Assembly (NCBI GenBank): GCA_036555325.1
Contig: DATBLQ010000038.1
Location: forward strand, 38,623-102,622
Source: Aestuariivirgaceae bacterium
GTDB taxonomy: Bacteria; Pseudomonadota; Alphaproteobacteria; Rhizobiales; Aestuariivirgaceae
Reading direction: 5' to 3'
Length of the DNA stretch: 64,000 bases
Part shown: positions 9,056 through 18,629 of the stretch, piece by piece
Layout of the letters: each line of letters begins with the position of its first letter
Numbering within the stretch: position 1 is the first letter of the stretch
The notes under the pieces: model-generated
Told to the model about the DNA's origin: nothing
Database searches by the model: none
What the model saw: only the letters and a program-made list of their open reading frames with translations
Made by a program: the position numbers and the translations under genes

Positions 9056-10240
9056 ATGATAATGAGTAGAAGTAAAGCTTCGGCCCGCTCAAGCTTTGAA
9101 ACGATGCTGGCGGCGAGGCGCTTTAGCCGCCGAACCGTACTCAAGGCTGGCGCTGCTGCCGGTGCCATCACGATTGCTGGTCCGGCTTTTGTCAAGAACG
9201 CCCTTTCGGCTTCGGGACAGCTTAACCTTCTGATGTGGTCGGACGAATTTCCCGACCCAGTTGTTCCGAACTTCGAAAAAGCGACGGGCATCAAAGTCAA
9301 CATGACGCCGTTCTCGCAGAACGAAGAGCAGATCAACAAGCTGCAAGCCACAGGGGGCGAAGGGTTCGATCTTTGCCAACCCACGCGCGACCGCGCTCCT
9401 CAGTTCAAGGACCTGGGCGTTCTTGCGCCGTTCGACATGAACAAGGTGAAGAACACCGGAAACCTCATACCGGCAATGCTCGAAGGTTCCACCAGCCTGT
9501 GGACCTGGGAAGACGGGCTCTATCACTTGCCGCATTGCTGGGGGAGTGAGGCAATCTCTTGGCGCACCGACAAATGGCAACCCAAGGATGCCTCGCAGCT
9601 CAGCTACGGAGATTTGTGGAACGAAGAAGTGAAAGGACATGTCCAAGGGCGGCCACACTCGATGCTGCTCGGTATCGGCCTGTTTTGGGACGGGTCGGGC
9701 AAGCTGCCGTCGAACCGTATGCTCGATGCATTCAAGGATCCCGAGACCTTCAAGAAGATCTACGATCAGATTCTGCCGTTTGCCATCGAGCACAAGGCCT
9801 GGATCAAGCAATTCTGGGACTCGGCCGATAACACCAAGTCGGGACTCCTGGAGAATGACGTGTGGATTGGTCAGACTTGGGACGGCCCGGCGCTGTCGTT
9901 GAAGAAGGACGGCAAACCGGTCAACTACCAGGCTCCCAAGGAGGGTGCGATCACATGGCTCGATGGTCTTTCGATGCCGAAGGCTGCCAAGAACGTCGAC
10001 CAGATCTATGAGTTCATCAACTACCTGCACACACCGGAAGCGTCCGCAGCCGTGGCTGAGGGCTCAGGATACAATCCGGTCGTTACGGGTGCTGATGCCC
10101 TTCTGTCAGATGTGGCCAAGAAGAACTTCGCTGAAGCCTATCCTGGCGATTCGTTGAAGAACCTCTGGCATCGTCCGCCTGAGTCTTCCTGGCTTGGCGA
10201 TCTGAAGCTTGAATACGCCGATAAATTCAAGTCGGCATAA
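9056..10240 (+). CDS. ABC transporter periplasmic substrate-binding protein, PotD/PotF family, Tat signal. Putative 2-aminoethylphosphonate binding protein by context.
   Basis: GGAGGA precedes ATG 9056. Twin-arginine leader ARRFSRRTVLKAGAAAGAITIAGPAFV, then a PotD-like body. The upstream 115 codons of track ORF 8711.. cover the promoter and Pho boxes and are rejected. Confidence 0.85.
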   Translation: MIMSRSKASARSSFETMLAARRFSRRTVLKAGAAAGAITIAGPAFVKNALSASGQLNLLMWSDEFPDPVVPNFEKATGIKVNMTPFSQNEEQINKLQATGGEGFDLCQPTRDRAPQFKDLGVLAPFDMNKVKNTGNLIPAMLEGSTSLWTWEDGLYHLPHCWGSEAISWRTDKWQPKDASQLSYGDLWNEEVKGHVQGRPHSMLLGIGLFWDGSGKLPSNRMLDAFKDPETFKKIYDQILPFAIEHKAWIKQFWDSADNTKSGLLENDVWIGQTWDGPALSLKKDGKPVNYQAPKEGAITWLDGLSMPKAAKNVDQIYEFINYLHTPEASAAVAEGSGYNPVVTGADALLSDVAKKNFAEAYPGDSLKNLWHRPPESSWLGDLKLEYADKFKSA

Positions 10241-10260
10241 CCGGAAAGAAGTGAATGCCA

Positions 10261-10291
10261 GTCCGGCCCCGGCTTAGCTCCGGGGCCGGAC
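10261..10291 (+). terminator. Intercistronic perfect 12-bp GC stem-loop after the binding-protein gene (attenuator or mRNA stabiliser)
   Basis: GTCCGGCCCCGG-cttagct-CCGGGGCCGGAC, 21 nt after the stop codon. There is no T-tract, so it is probably partial termination or 3' protection rather than a full terminator. Confidence 0.5.
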
Positions 10292-10355
10292 AATTGCATT
10301 GGCGGCCGCAGGCGTATAGAAATTTCAAGTTGATCCGAGTGAGGTAGAATGGGGT

Positions 10356-11441
10356 ATGAGCGCAGACGTCGAACTTGATCACGTCACCATCAGGTTTGGC
10401 AATTTCACCGCGGTGAAGGGCGCCACGCTAAGAATCAACAACGGCGAGTTTTTCTCGTTTCTGGGACCGTCGGGCTGCGGCAAGACTACGATCCTGCGGA
10501 CCATCTCCGGGTTCCTGGAACCTTCACAAGGAACAGTCCGCATCGGCGGACAGAACATGGCCGGGATCGGCCCGAACAGGCGGCCAACGGCCCTGATTTT
10601 CCAAAATCTTGCACTGTTTCCGCTAATGAGTGTTGCGGAAAACATCACCTACGGGCTGCGCGTGCGCGGTGCGTCAAGAGAGGACCGTAAACGGCGCGGT
10701 GCCGAGTTGTTGAGCCTTATTGCTCTGCCGGATCAGGGCGACAAGCTTGTCAGCGAACTATCGGGCGGGCAGCGGCAGCGGGTTGCAATCGCCAGGGCTC
10801 TGTGCGTCGAACCCAAGGTTCTGCTGCTCGACGAGCCCCTGTCGGCGCTCGACTTGAAGCTTCGCCAGCACATGCGCAACGAGTTGCGCAACATTCAGAA
10901 ACGAGTAGGCATCACCTTCATCTACATCACGCACGATCAGGGTGAAGCGCTTACGATGTCGGACCGTATTGCGGTGATGAATGAGGGCATCATCGAGCAA
11001 ATTGGCGATGGGAAGACGATCTATGACCATCCGGAAACGGCTTTCGTCGCCAGCTTTGTTGGCGAGAACAATCCGTTCCTGGGCAAGGTCGCGCGAGCCA
11101 CTCAAAGCGAGGTTGTCATCGAGACCAAATTCGGACCGTTGCGAGGTCGAAATCCGAAGAATCTGTCGAAGGGTGACCGAGGGATACTGTTCATAAGGCC
11201 CGAGCTGTTGAGACTTGGGAACGGCACCGCCGATTCCACCCTGGAATCAACGGTTCTGAACATAGCGTTCGAAGGAAACGCCAGCCACATATTCCTCAAG
11301 GGGGCGGGCAGCAAGGAGATTACGCTGACGGTCGGCAGGCACGAGGGCGGTGCAATGCCGGAGCAGGGTGGCACTGCCAAAATTTCCTTCGACCCCTCCA
11401 TGGCCCTGGTGCTGCCGGAAGGGAAGATGGCTCGTGAATAA
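10356..11441 (+). CDS. ABC transporter ATP-binding protein (PotA-like, C-terminal TOBE-type domain)
   Basis: Walker A GPSGCGKTT, signature [15 protein letters not shown], Walker B LLLDEPLSALD, H-loop YITHDQ. Confidence 0.9.
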   Translation: MSADVELDHVTIRFGNFTAVKGATLRINNGEFFSFLGPSGCGKTTILRTISGFLEPSQGTVRIGGQNMAGIGPNRRPTALIFQNLALFPLMSVAENITYGLRVRGASREDRKRRGAELLSLIALPDQGDKLVSELSGGQRQRVAIARALCVEPKVLLLDEPLSALDLKLRQHMRNELRNIQKRVGITFIYITHDQGEALTMSDRIAVMNEGIIEQIGDGKTIYDHPETAFVASFVGENNPFLGKVARATQSEVVIETKFGPLRGRNPKNLSKGDRGILFIRPELLRLGNGTADSTLESTVLNIAFEGNASHIFLKGAGSKEITLTVGRHEGGAMPEQGGTAKISFDPSMALVLPEGKMARE

Positions 11442-12435
11442 TCGCCTGATCGTCTTCTTCATCCCGGCGGCGATTGTCATCGCTTACTTTCTGATGGCAA
11501 TGATCGAGCGGCGCGTCCTCGCGGACTCCCGCCCGACGGGGTTCGTTCAGCGCAATGGGGCGGCACTGTCACTGTTCTTTGTCGTTGCCGTTGGTTTCTG
11601 GACATTGTTCATGGTGACGCTGCCCTATCTCTACATGTTCCAGGAATCCTTCCATCCGACGCTGTGGCCGAAGGATCGCGGAGGGCCCAAAGATACGCTC
11701 ACGCTCGAGCATTACCGTTTCTTTCTGTATGGCAGTGATGGACTTGGCAACTTCACACACCTGCGGGCCTTCGTTCTAACCATCTTCATCAGCCTGTGTG
11801 TGACAATCGCCAATTTCATCCTGTGCTATCCGCTTGCCTATTACATGGCGCAATCGGCGACGACGCAAAAGGTGCGGGTTCTTCTACTGGCGCTGATAGT
11901 TCCCTATTGGGTCAACGAGATTCTACGTGCCTTCGCGTTGCGAGTCCTGCTTGCCAGCGGAGGCTTGATCAACACTGCGCTGCTGGGCATGGGCCTCATC
12001 AACGAACCCTTTGATTTTCTCGGCGCCAATATCGGCCTCTACGTGGGTCTTTCCTATGCCTATCTGCTGCTGATGGTGTTCCCTCTGTACAATGCTATCG
12101 AGAGTCTCGATCCCAATCAGATTGAAGCCGCCCGCGATCTAGGGGCCCCCTGGTGGCGCATACACAAGGACATCGTCATACCGCACGCAAAACCCGGCAT
12201 TGCATCGGGCTGTACGATGGTGTTCATGCTCTCGGCGGGCGCGCTCGCCGCGCCGCAATTCTTGGGCGGGCCGAAGACCCTGTGGTTCACTTCCATCGTT
12301 TATGATTTCTTCTTCCAGTCGTTCAATTGGGCGCGGGGATCGGCATATGCCCTGATTCTGCTGGCGGCGTGCATACTCTTCGTGATGCTGATGCTTCGCC
12401 TGTTCAAGGTGAGCCTAGGGGAAACAATCCGATGA
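11434..12435 (+). CDS. ABC transporter permease (PotB-like)
   Basis: Multi-TM protein with an EAA-type loop (IEAARDLGAPWWRIHKDIVIPHAKPG). A GTG at 11434 overlaps the ATPase stop. The track start at 11350 lies inside the ATPase gene. Confidence 0.85.
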   Translation: MNNRLIVFFIPAAIVIAYFLMAMIERRVLADSRPTGFVQRNGAALSLFFVVAVGFWTLFMVTLPYLYMFQESFHPTLWPKDRGGPKDTLTLEHYRFFLYGSDGLGNFTHLRAFVLTIFISLCVTIANFILCYPLAYYMAQSATTQKVRVLLLALIVPYWVNEILRAFALRVLLASGGLINTALLGMGLINEPFDFLGANIGLYVGLSYAYLLLMVFPLYNAIESLDPNQIEAARDLGAPWWRIHKDIVIPHAKPGIASGCTMVFMLSAGALAAPQFLGGPKTLWFTSIVYDFFFQSFNWARGSAYALILLAACILFVMLMLRLFKVSLGETIR

Positions 12436-13325
12436 GCTCGAAGTTCGTGATGCGGGCAATGATCGGATTTTATCTTGTGATCTTCTTCGCCTACCTGTTC
12501 GGCCCACTGTTTTTCATGAGCGTCACCGCATTCAACACGCCGAACTATCCGACCGCCTATCCTTTCGAACAGTTCACCTGGAAGTGGTTCGACGCCCTGT
12601 TCAAGGACCGGGACATGATGGACGGTCTACTCAATTCGGTCATCATCGGATTGGGAGTGGTTGCGCTTTCGGTGCCGATCGGCCTGGCGGCCTCGATTGT
12701 CATGCAACAGATTTATTGGCGCGCACGCGCCCTGTACTACCTCGTCACCGTATCACCGGTGTTGACGCCCGGCGTCATCATTGGCATCTCGACGGTCATC
12801 TTCTGGAAGGATTTCAGTGAGGCGATAGGACTCAAACCCTACCTGTACAAGGGGATCATTCTGGCCATCATCGGTCAATCAAGTTTTATCTGCGCTTATT
12901 GCATGCTGATCATCATGGCGAGACTTCAAAGATTCGACCGTTCACAGGAGGAAGCAGCGCTCGATCTTGGCGCCAGCTATCCGCAGGTATTCTGGCATAT
13001 TCTGGTTCCGTTCCTGAAACCGGCACTTCTTTCGGCGGCAGTCATTGCATTCCTGTCGTCGTTCGAGAACTACAACACCACGACGTTCGCAATACTGGCG
13101 GATAAAACTCTGGTGACTGTGCTGGCGGGGCGCGTTCGGCAGGGCACCACACCGGCGCTGTCGGCTTTGGCGGTCATCATTATTGCCATCTCGCTGGCAG
13201 GGGCGATTGTCTATGAACTCTTGAAACGGCGCGAAGAGCAACGGGCAGCGCGCGCCAAGGAGCAGGCGCGTCTGGCGGAACGCAGTGGAGTAGCCGCGGT
13301 GCCGGCGCTCGCGCCGGCGCGCTGA
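12432..13325 (+). CDS. ABC transporter permease (PotC-like)
   Basis: ATG 12432 overlaps the preceding TGA (ATGA). EAA loop EEAALDLGASYPQVFWHILVPFLKPA and six predicted TM helices. Confidence 0.85.
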   Translation: MSSKFVMRAMIGFYLVIFFAYLFGPLFFMSVTAFNTPNYPTAYPFEQFTWKWFDALFKDRDMMDGLLNSVIIGLGVVALSVPIGLAASIVMQQIYWRARALYYLVTVSPVLTPGVIIGISTVIFWKDFSEAIGLKPYLYKGIILAIIGQSSFICAYCMLIIMARLQRFDRSQEEAALDLGASYPQVFWHILVPFLKPALLSAAVIAFLSSFENYNTTTFAILADKTLVTVLAGRVRQGTTPALSALAVIIIAISLAGAIVYELLKRREEQRAARAKEQARLAERSGVAAVPALAPAR

Positions 13326-13363
13326 ACCGCCGATGCGTCATGGGAGGTGGCGGTTCGGATTGG

Positions 13364-14170
13364 TCAATACCAATTGCCACGTTCGTCCTGAATTGACATT
13401 GCCGCAGGTTTGCGATCGAGGAATGCATCCAGATGCACGATGGTCCGATCGCCTGCCGCAACGACGACCGCATACATGGCCGGTTCGATGCTATAAACGG
13501 TCGGCACCGACCCACCGACCAGCGGCACCTGATGGTTGAGCGATGGCGGAGCAGCAAAAGGGATGCCGCGCCACATTCCGCTGAGCGGCCGATGCGCATG
13601 TCCAAAAAACAAATGCCGGATATTGTGATCCCTTATCGTCTGATGAAACGATTCGGGATCCTCGAGCTTGATCAAGTCCATGAGGCTGTGGCCGATGTCG
13701 AACGGCGGGTGGTGCATGAACAAATAGATCTGTCCCGCGCGTGTAGTCTCAAGCTGGCGACTTAGCCATCTGCGGCGCTTTTCACAATAGATTCCCGCTG
13801 AAGTGTTGCCGCCCTTGAAGGTATCAAGAAAGATGCACTGAATGTCGTCCACTGTGTGGGACGACTGGATAAATCCGTTGTCGTCGCAATATGCTCTACC
13901 GAAACTGCTTCTGAACACCTCCCGATCGTCGTGGTTGCCGATCAGCAGGAATGTCTTGAGCGGAAAGCGAGCGAGCCTCGACTTCAGCCCCTGATAAGAC
14001 GCAGGCTCTGCAATATCCGACAAGTCGCCGGCAATAACGCAAAAGGAAGCGTCGGCGTGATGGCGCTCGATGTCGGCAAGACACTTGTCGAAGCGATCGA
14101 GGGGATCCAAACCCCAAACCGTCGCACCGGGGACTGTCAAGTGAAGGTCGGCAATCAGGATGAACTTCAT
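13364..14170 (-). CDS. Metallophosphoesterase (class III phosphodiesterase, CpdA/GpdQ-like)
   Basis: All calcineurin-like motifs are present: ADLHL (DxH), AGDLSD (GD), GNHDD (GNHD/E), MHHPP, GHAHR (GHxH). Its ATG overlaps the stop of the upstream transporter (ATGA). Confidence 0.85.
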   Translation of the reverse strand: MKFILIADLHLTVPGATVWGLDPLDRFDKCLADIERHHADASFCVIAGDLSDIAEPASYQGLKSRLARFPLKTFLLIGNHDDREVFRSSFGRAYCDDNGFIQSSHTVDDIQCIFLDTFKGGNTSAGIYCEKRRRWLSRQLETTRAGQIYLFMHHPPFDIGHSLMDLIKLEDPESFHQTIRDHNIRHLFFGHAHRPLSGMWRGIPFAAPPSLNHQVPLVGGSVPTVYSIEPAMYAVVVAAGDRTIVHLDAFLDRKPAAMSIQDERGNWY

Positions 14171-15855
14171 ATGGTTTTCCTGTTCGCCGCCTTAAGTCGC
14201 GACTTTCGCAAGAGGCCGGCCGCGTCGACGATCGGATATGCAGCGGAAACGACATGCGAGTTGATCGTATGGAAATCGCGGATCAAGTCGACAAACAGGG
14301 CGCCGCGCCTCAACGACCGTCCTTTCGGACCGGGGGCGCGGAATTGGTCGCGGATGATTTTGTTCTCGATTGTCCGAAACAATCCTTTCTGCTCGATCAA
14401 CCGCCTGGCGCCGGCAATGTCACCGGAACCAAACACCCCCGATGCGAGCTTGAGGCTTTCGCACACTAAGTCGGCGAGTTTGTCCAGAGCAGCGCTTTCG
14501 GCGGGCGAAAAGCTTATGTTCTCCTTGATCTTCGACTTCACTCGGTCGGCGAGGCTCAAATGGATGATGTCGCCGGCATGCTCCAGGTTGCTCACATAAA
14601 GCATTGTTTCGAGTGCCCGCTTGCTATCTTCCGCCGAGAGTTCATTTCGAGTCAGCTCCGCCACATAGGCCTGAATGTCGCTTTGATAGCCATTGAGCCG
14701 CTCGTCGAGCAGTCGAATGCTTTTGAGACCATCAACCTTGTTGGCCTTGAGTGCTTCTACCGCGGTGCGGAACATGCGATCGAGCAATTCGGCCATGCGA
14801 ACAGTCTCCAGGGAGGCGTTCGATAGCGCAACGCTTGGGGAGTCAAATGCGCCACGATCCAGATAGCGTGGCTTGATAAGCGGATCTTCGGCGGCCTTCT
14901 TGTCAGGCAAAAGCTTTTCTGTGGCTTTTACGATCAAGCCGAGAAATGGGAGGCAAGCGACCGCCAGGCAGATATTGAAGGCAAGATGGGCGACGAGAAC
15001 CCGATGCACCGGATCGCCGGACATCGTATCGATCGAGGCTGAGATTTGCGGCAGAAAGGGGAGCAGCACTCCGGCGCCAATGGCGCGGCAAATCAGATTT
15101 GCCAGCGGCATGCGTCGAGCCGCGGGCTCAAACTCCATGGTGGACATCATTGCGGGCAGTCCACCGCCAAAATTGACACCGAGCACGAACGCCATGGCAC
15201 CGGCAACCTCCAGACTGCCGTTGGCCACGAACGAGGCAATCAAGAGGATGATTGCGAGGCTGGAATAGCTGAGCCAGGTGACAAGTGCGCCGATCAGGAA
15301 GGCCAGCAAGTGCTCTGATCCAAGGGTGGATAATACATTGTGGAACAGAGTTGCCTCGCGCAGCGGCGAAGTGGCGGAGGTAACAAGCTTGAGGGCCAAC
15401 AACATGAGTCCGAGGCCCATGAGGATGCGGCCGATATTGCGGAGCTTGAAGTCGCTTGAAGCGCTGAACAGCACATAGCCGGCAAACAGCAGCAGGGGCG
15501 ATAGCCAAAGTGACAAGATGGCGCCACCGGTCGCGAAGGCAGCCGATACTATGGCCGAACCAACGTCGGAACCGAGCAGCACCGCCAGGCCCCGCGCCGC
15601 CTCCAGAGTGCCTGCGGCTGCGAGTCCGGTGATGATTAGCGCCGTCGCGGTGCCGCTTTGTAACAGAACCGTTGCACCAATACCTGCAAGGAGCGAGGTT
15701 AGCCGGTTGGTCAGGTGAGTCTCGATAAACCGCTTCAGACGTTCTCCCCACGCCCGCAAGATGCCGGTGCGCACCATGCGTACGCCCCACAAAAGCAGTG
15801 TTACGCTGCCTAGCAAATTAACGATGACAAGTGTGCCGGGGCTTAGGAGATCCAT
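14167..15855 (-). CDS. Na/Pi-cotransporter family protein with C-terminal PhoU-like repeats (YjbB/NptA type)
   Basis: The N-terminal half is polytopic (LLGSVTLLLWGVRMVRTGILRAWG...). The C-terminal half is soluble and helical with PhoU-like repeats (NLEHAGDIIH). AGGAAA lies 5 nt before ATG 15855. The track start at 15900 would overlap phnY. Confidence 0.85.
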   Translation of the reverse strand: MDLLSPGTLVIVNLLGSVTLLLWGVRMVRTGILRAWGERLKRFIETHLTNRLTSLLAGIGATVLLQSGTATALIITGLAAAGTLEAARGLAVLLGSDVGSAIVSAAFATGGAILSLWLSPLLLFAGYVLFSASSDFKLRNIGRILMGLGLMLLALKLVTSATSPLREATLFHNVLSTLGSEHLLAFLIGALVTWLSYSSLAIILLIASFVANGSLEVAGAMAFVLGVNFGGGLPAMMSTMEFEPAARRMPLANLICRAIGAGVLLPFLPQISASIDTMSGDPVHRVLVAHLAFNICLAVACLPFLGLIVKATEKLLPDKKAAEDPLIKPRYLDRGAFDSPSVALSNASLETVRMAELLDRMFRTAVEALKANKVDGLKSIRLLDERLNGYQSDIQAYVAELTRNELSAEDSKRALETMLYVSNLEHAGDIIHLSLADRVKSKIKENISFSPAESAALDKLADLVCESLKLASGVFGSGDIAGARRLIEQKGLFRTIENKIIRDQFRAPGPKGRSLRRGALFVDLIRDFHTINSHVVSAAYPIVDAAGLLRKSRLKAANRKTI

Positions 15856-15887
15856 CCGAGTTTCCTGGTCAGACCTGCTTAGATCAT

Positions 15888-17348
15888 CTAAGCCGGCCAT
15901 GGCAATGAATAGGTCTTCACGTTGGTGAAGAACTTCATCGCTTCCAGTACTCCTTCTTTTACACCATTGCCTGAATCCTTAATGCCGCCGAAGGGCGACA
16001 TCTCGGTGCGATACCCCGGCACTTCCCATATGTTGACGCTGCCCACGTTGAGGCAGTCGACATAGCGTGTAATTCGATCCAGGCGGTTGGTGCATACTCC
16101 CGATGAAAGTCCGAAAGAGGTCGAATTGGAGATTCTTATGACCTCGTCGTCGTCGCCCGCCACCCGTATCATCGGTATGACCGGACCAAAAGTCTCCTGA
16201 AGGACGAGTTCACAATCATAAGGTACGTGATCGAGGGTGATTGGGGGGAGAATCGCTCCCTTGCGTCCAGGATGGTAGAGGATTTTGGCGTCATGCCTGG
16301 CTGCATCCTCCACCCGCCGCTCGATGGCAATGGCCGCCTTTTCGTCCACGACGGTGCCGAGATCGGTGTGCGGATCCATTGGATCGCCGAATTTTATGTC
16401 CTTGGCTTTTTGCAGTACGTGGCGGGCGAACTGGTCGGCAACTTTCTGCATGACGAGGATGCGTTTCACCGCAGTGCAACGCTGTCCGGAATTCTTCGTT
16501 GCGCCTTTCACCGCAAGGTCGGCGGCCCTTTCCAAATCCTCCGGAGAAAGATCATCGCACACTATCAGCGGATCATTGCCGCCCAGCTCGAGAGCGGCCC
16601 GCTTATACCCTGCCTTGTTGGCGATGATTTTCCCAACGCTTACGCCACCTGTGAAGGTGATAACCTCGACATGGGGATTGGTGACCATCTCGTCGCCGAT
16701 GTCACTCGGCCAACCGGTGACCACCTGAAACATCTCAGGCGGCAGTCCCGCTTCGTAGAGGATATCGGCCAGCGCCAAGGCCGTGAGGGGAGTGGCTTCG
16801 GCGGGCTTGCATACCACGCAATTGTTGGTGGCGATGGCAGGAGCCACCTTGTGAGCCACCATGTTGAGCGGATGGTTAAAGGGTGTGATGGCTGAAATCG
16901 TCTGCACCGGATGGCGTTTTGTATAGATCTTCCGCGCCTTTCCGTGAGGCGTCACATCACAGGAAAAAATCTGACCATCGTCGAGGATTGCAAGTTGACC
17001 TGCAAGAGTGAACACGTCATGGGCGCGGCCGCACTCGTAGAGCGAGTCCTTTTTCGATATGCCAAGTTCAAGCGTGATGAGATCGGATAACGCCTCCTTG
17101 CGTTGTTCGATGAACTCAGCCGTCTTGAACAGGATGCGCTGGCGCTCGTAACGTGAAAGTTTCGATCTAAATCCGGCGGCGATGGCGAAGGCACTGCGCA
17201 CATGCTCCGGCCTCCCGGCGGGAACGGTGCCGACCATTTCATTGGTATATGGATAGAACACGGGAATGACTGCTTCGGCAGTTACCTTCTTGCCGCCAAC
17301 CCGCATGGATTCCGTAAGAACGGTGCGCTTAGGCTCGATCCGGCTCAT
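15888..17348 (-). CDS. phnY: Aldehyde dehydrogenase, probable phosphonoacetaldehyde dehydrogenase
   Basis: ALDH superfamily motifs (ELGGNDP, catalytic [17 protein letters not shown]-like QETFGPV). It lies 9 nt downstream of phnA in the phnW-phnA-phnY order. Confidence 0.8.
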   Translation of the reverse strand: MSRIEPKRTVLTESMRVGGKKVTAEAVIPVFYPYTNEMVGTVPAGRPEHVRSAFAIAAGFRSKLSRYERQRILFKTAEFIEQRKEALSDLITLELGISKKDSLYECGRAHDVFTLAGQLAILDDGQIFSCDVTPHGKARKIYTKRHPVQTISAITPFNHPLNMVAHKVAPAIATNNCVVCKPAEATPLTALALADILYEAGLPPEMFQVVTGWPSDIGDEMVTNPHVEVITFTGGVSVGKIIANKAGYKRAALELGGNDPLIVCDDLSPEDLERAADLAVKGATKNSGQRCTAVKRILVMQKVADQFARHVLQKAKDIKFGDPMDPHTDLGTVVDEKAAIAIERRVEDAARHDAKILYHPGRKGAILPPITLDHVPYDCELVLQETFGPVIPMIRVAGDDDEVIRISNSTSFGLSSGVCTNRLDRITRYVDCLNVGSVNIWEVPGYRTEMSPFGGIKDSGNGVKEGVLEAMKFFTNVKTYSLPWPA

Positions 17349-17357
17349 GCGTCCTGC

Positions 17358-18626
17358 CTATTCCGCGGCTGCGGCGAATTCCGCAATGTGGTTGCAGCCA
17401 ATAGCAAATGCATCGAAATTGCGAAGATTTTTGTGCAAACCGACAGTCTTACGGTTGGTGATAATCGGAATTTCCTGTTCGCTCAGTCCGCCGTGCGATC
17501 GAAGCGGCTCTGTCAGAGCCGACAGATTGTGGTTGGTGCGCCGCGATCCAATAACCTTGGTTGCCGAGGCGCCACCAGATATTACGACAAGATCTCCGAT
17601 ACGATCTTCGGGCAAATCGAACCGCCGGCTGGCCGACTTGCGGTCCAGCACCACATCAATTCCTTGCATGTGCCTCACCGCTGCCGCCACTTCATCGAGC
17701 TGCACGCCCTTGAGATAAACGGTGGCAAACGACCCGAGTGCCCCGTGATGCAATACATAAGGATCGGTGATGGGTAAGATGACCTGGGTGGTGTCACTGC
17801 CGAACAGCTTGTCCAACTCGTCCTGCAGATAAAGGACATCCGGTTCCCCATTGGCAAGATGCTTGTCCTTCATGCCGTGATCGGCGGTGATGACGACTAC
17901 GGCGCCCGCCTCGTCGAGCTGGCATAGATAACGATCAAGCATCAGGTAGAATTCATTGGCGCCCGCAGAACCCGGCGGAAATTTGTGTTGAATGTAGTCC
18001 GTGGTGGAAAGATACATGAGATCGGGGCGCTTCAGCCTGAGCAATTTCACTCCGGCAGCGAGCACGAACTCGGAAAGCCCGGCGGAATAAACTTCCGGCA
18101 CCGGCATGCCGGCAAATTCGCACACATCGGCGATGCCGTTGGCGGTCATGGTTGCTTTGTTCGCCTGCTCGGAGGAAAAGCAAATGGCCGTCCCATCGAA
18201 CACAAGCCCTTTTCCAAGCAGCAGCCGCAATTTGTCTTTGGCGGTGATCACCGCCACCGTGGCGCCGGCTTGCTGAAATTCCGCAAATATCGTCGGCGCG
18301 CGCAGCCACTTCGGATCGTTCATCATGACTTCATGGCCGGTCTGCGGATCGATGAAATAGTTCCCGCAAATACCGTGCCATGATGGCGGCCGTCCGGTGA
18401 CGATCGACAGATTGTTGGGGTTGGTGAAACTCGGCATTGCTGACGTGCCGCGCAGATTTTCACCACTAGCGATGATATTCCGCAAATTGGGCATGAGCCC
18501 GGCGTCCATGGCCAATTCCATGTAAGCGGGCTCGCTGCCATCGCAGCACACAACGACAAGAGGCTGAGCGGGCCAGCGGTAATCACGGCCGTTCACGGTT
18601 ACGGTTCTTGGTTTCTGTCTGGCCAT
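17358..18626 (-). CDS. phnA: Phosphonoacetate hydrolase (alkaline-phosphatase superfamily)
   Basis: Motifs I recall from characterised PhnA enzymes: VVVCCDGSEPAY, PSFTNPNNLSIVTGRPPSWHGICGNYF, MYLSTTDYIQHK, ITADHGM, LPITDPYVLHHGALGSFATVYL, RFDLPEDRIGDLVV, PLRSHGGLSEQEIP. Confidence 0.9.
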   Translation of the reverse strand: MARQKPRTVTVNGRDYRWPAQPLVVVCCDGSEPAYMELAMDAGLMPNLRNIIASGENLRGTSAMPSFTNPNNLSIVTGRPPSWHGICGNYFIDPQTGHEVMMNDPKWLRAPTIFAEFQQAGATVAVITAKDKLRLLLGKGLVFDGTAICFSSEQANKATMTANGIADVCEFAGMPVPEVYSAGLSEFVLAAGVKLLRLKRPDLMYLSTTDYIQHKFPPGSAGANEFYLMLDRYLCQLDEAGAVVVITADHGMKDKHLANGEPDVLYLQDELDKLFGSDTTQVILPITDPYVLHHGALGSFATVYLKGVQLDEVAAAVRHMQGIDVVLDRKSASRRFDLPEDRIGDLVVISGGASATKVIGSRRTNHNLSALTEPLRSHGGLSEQEIPIITNRKTVGLHKNLRNFDAFAIGCNHIAEFAAAAE

Positions 18627-18629
18627 TCG

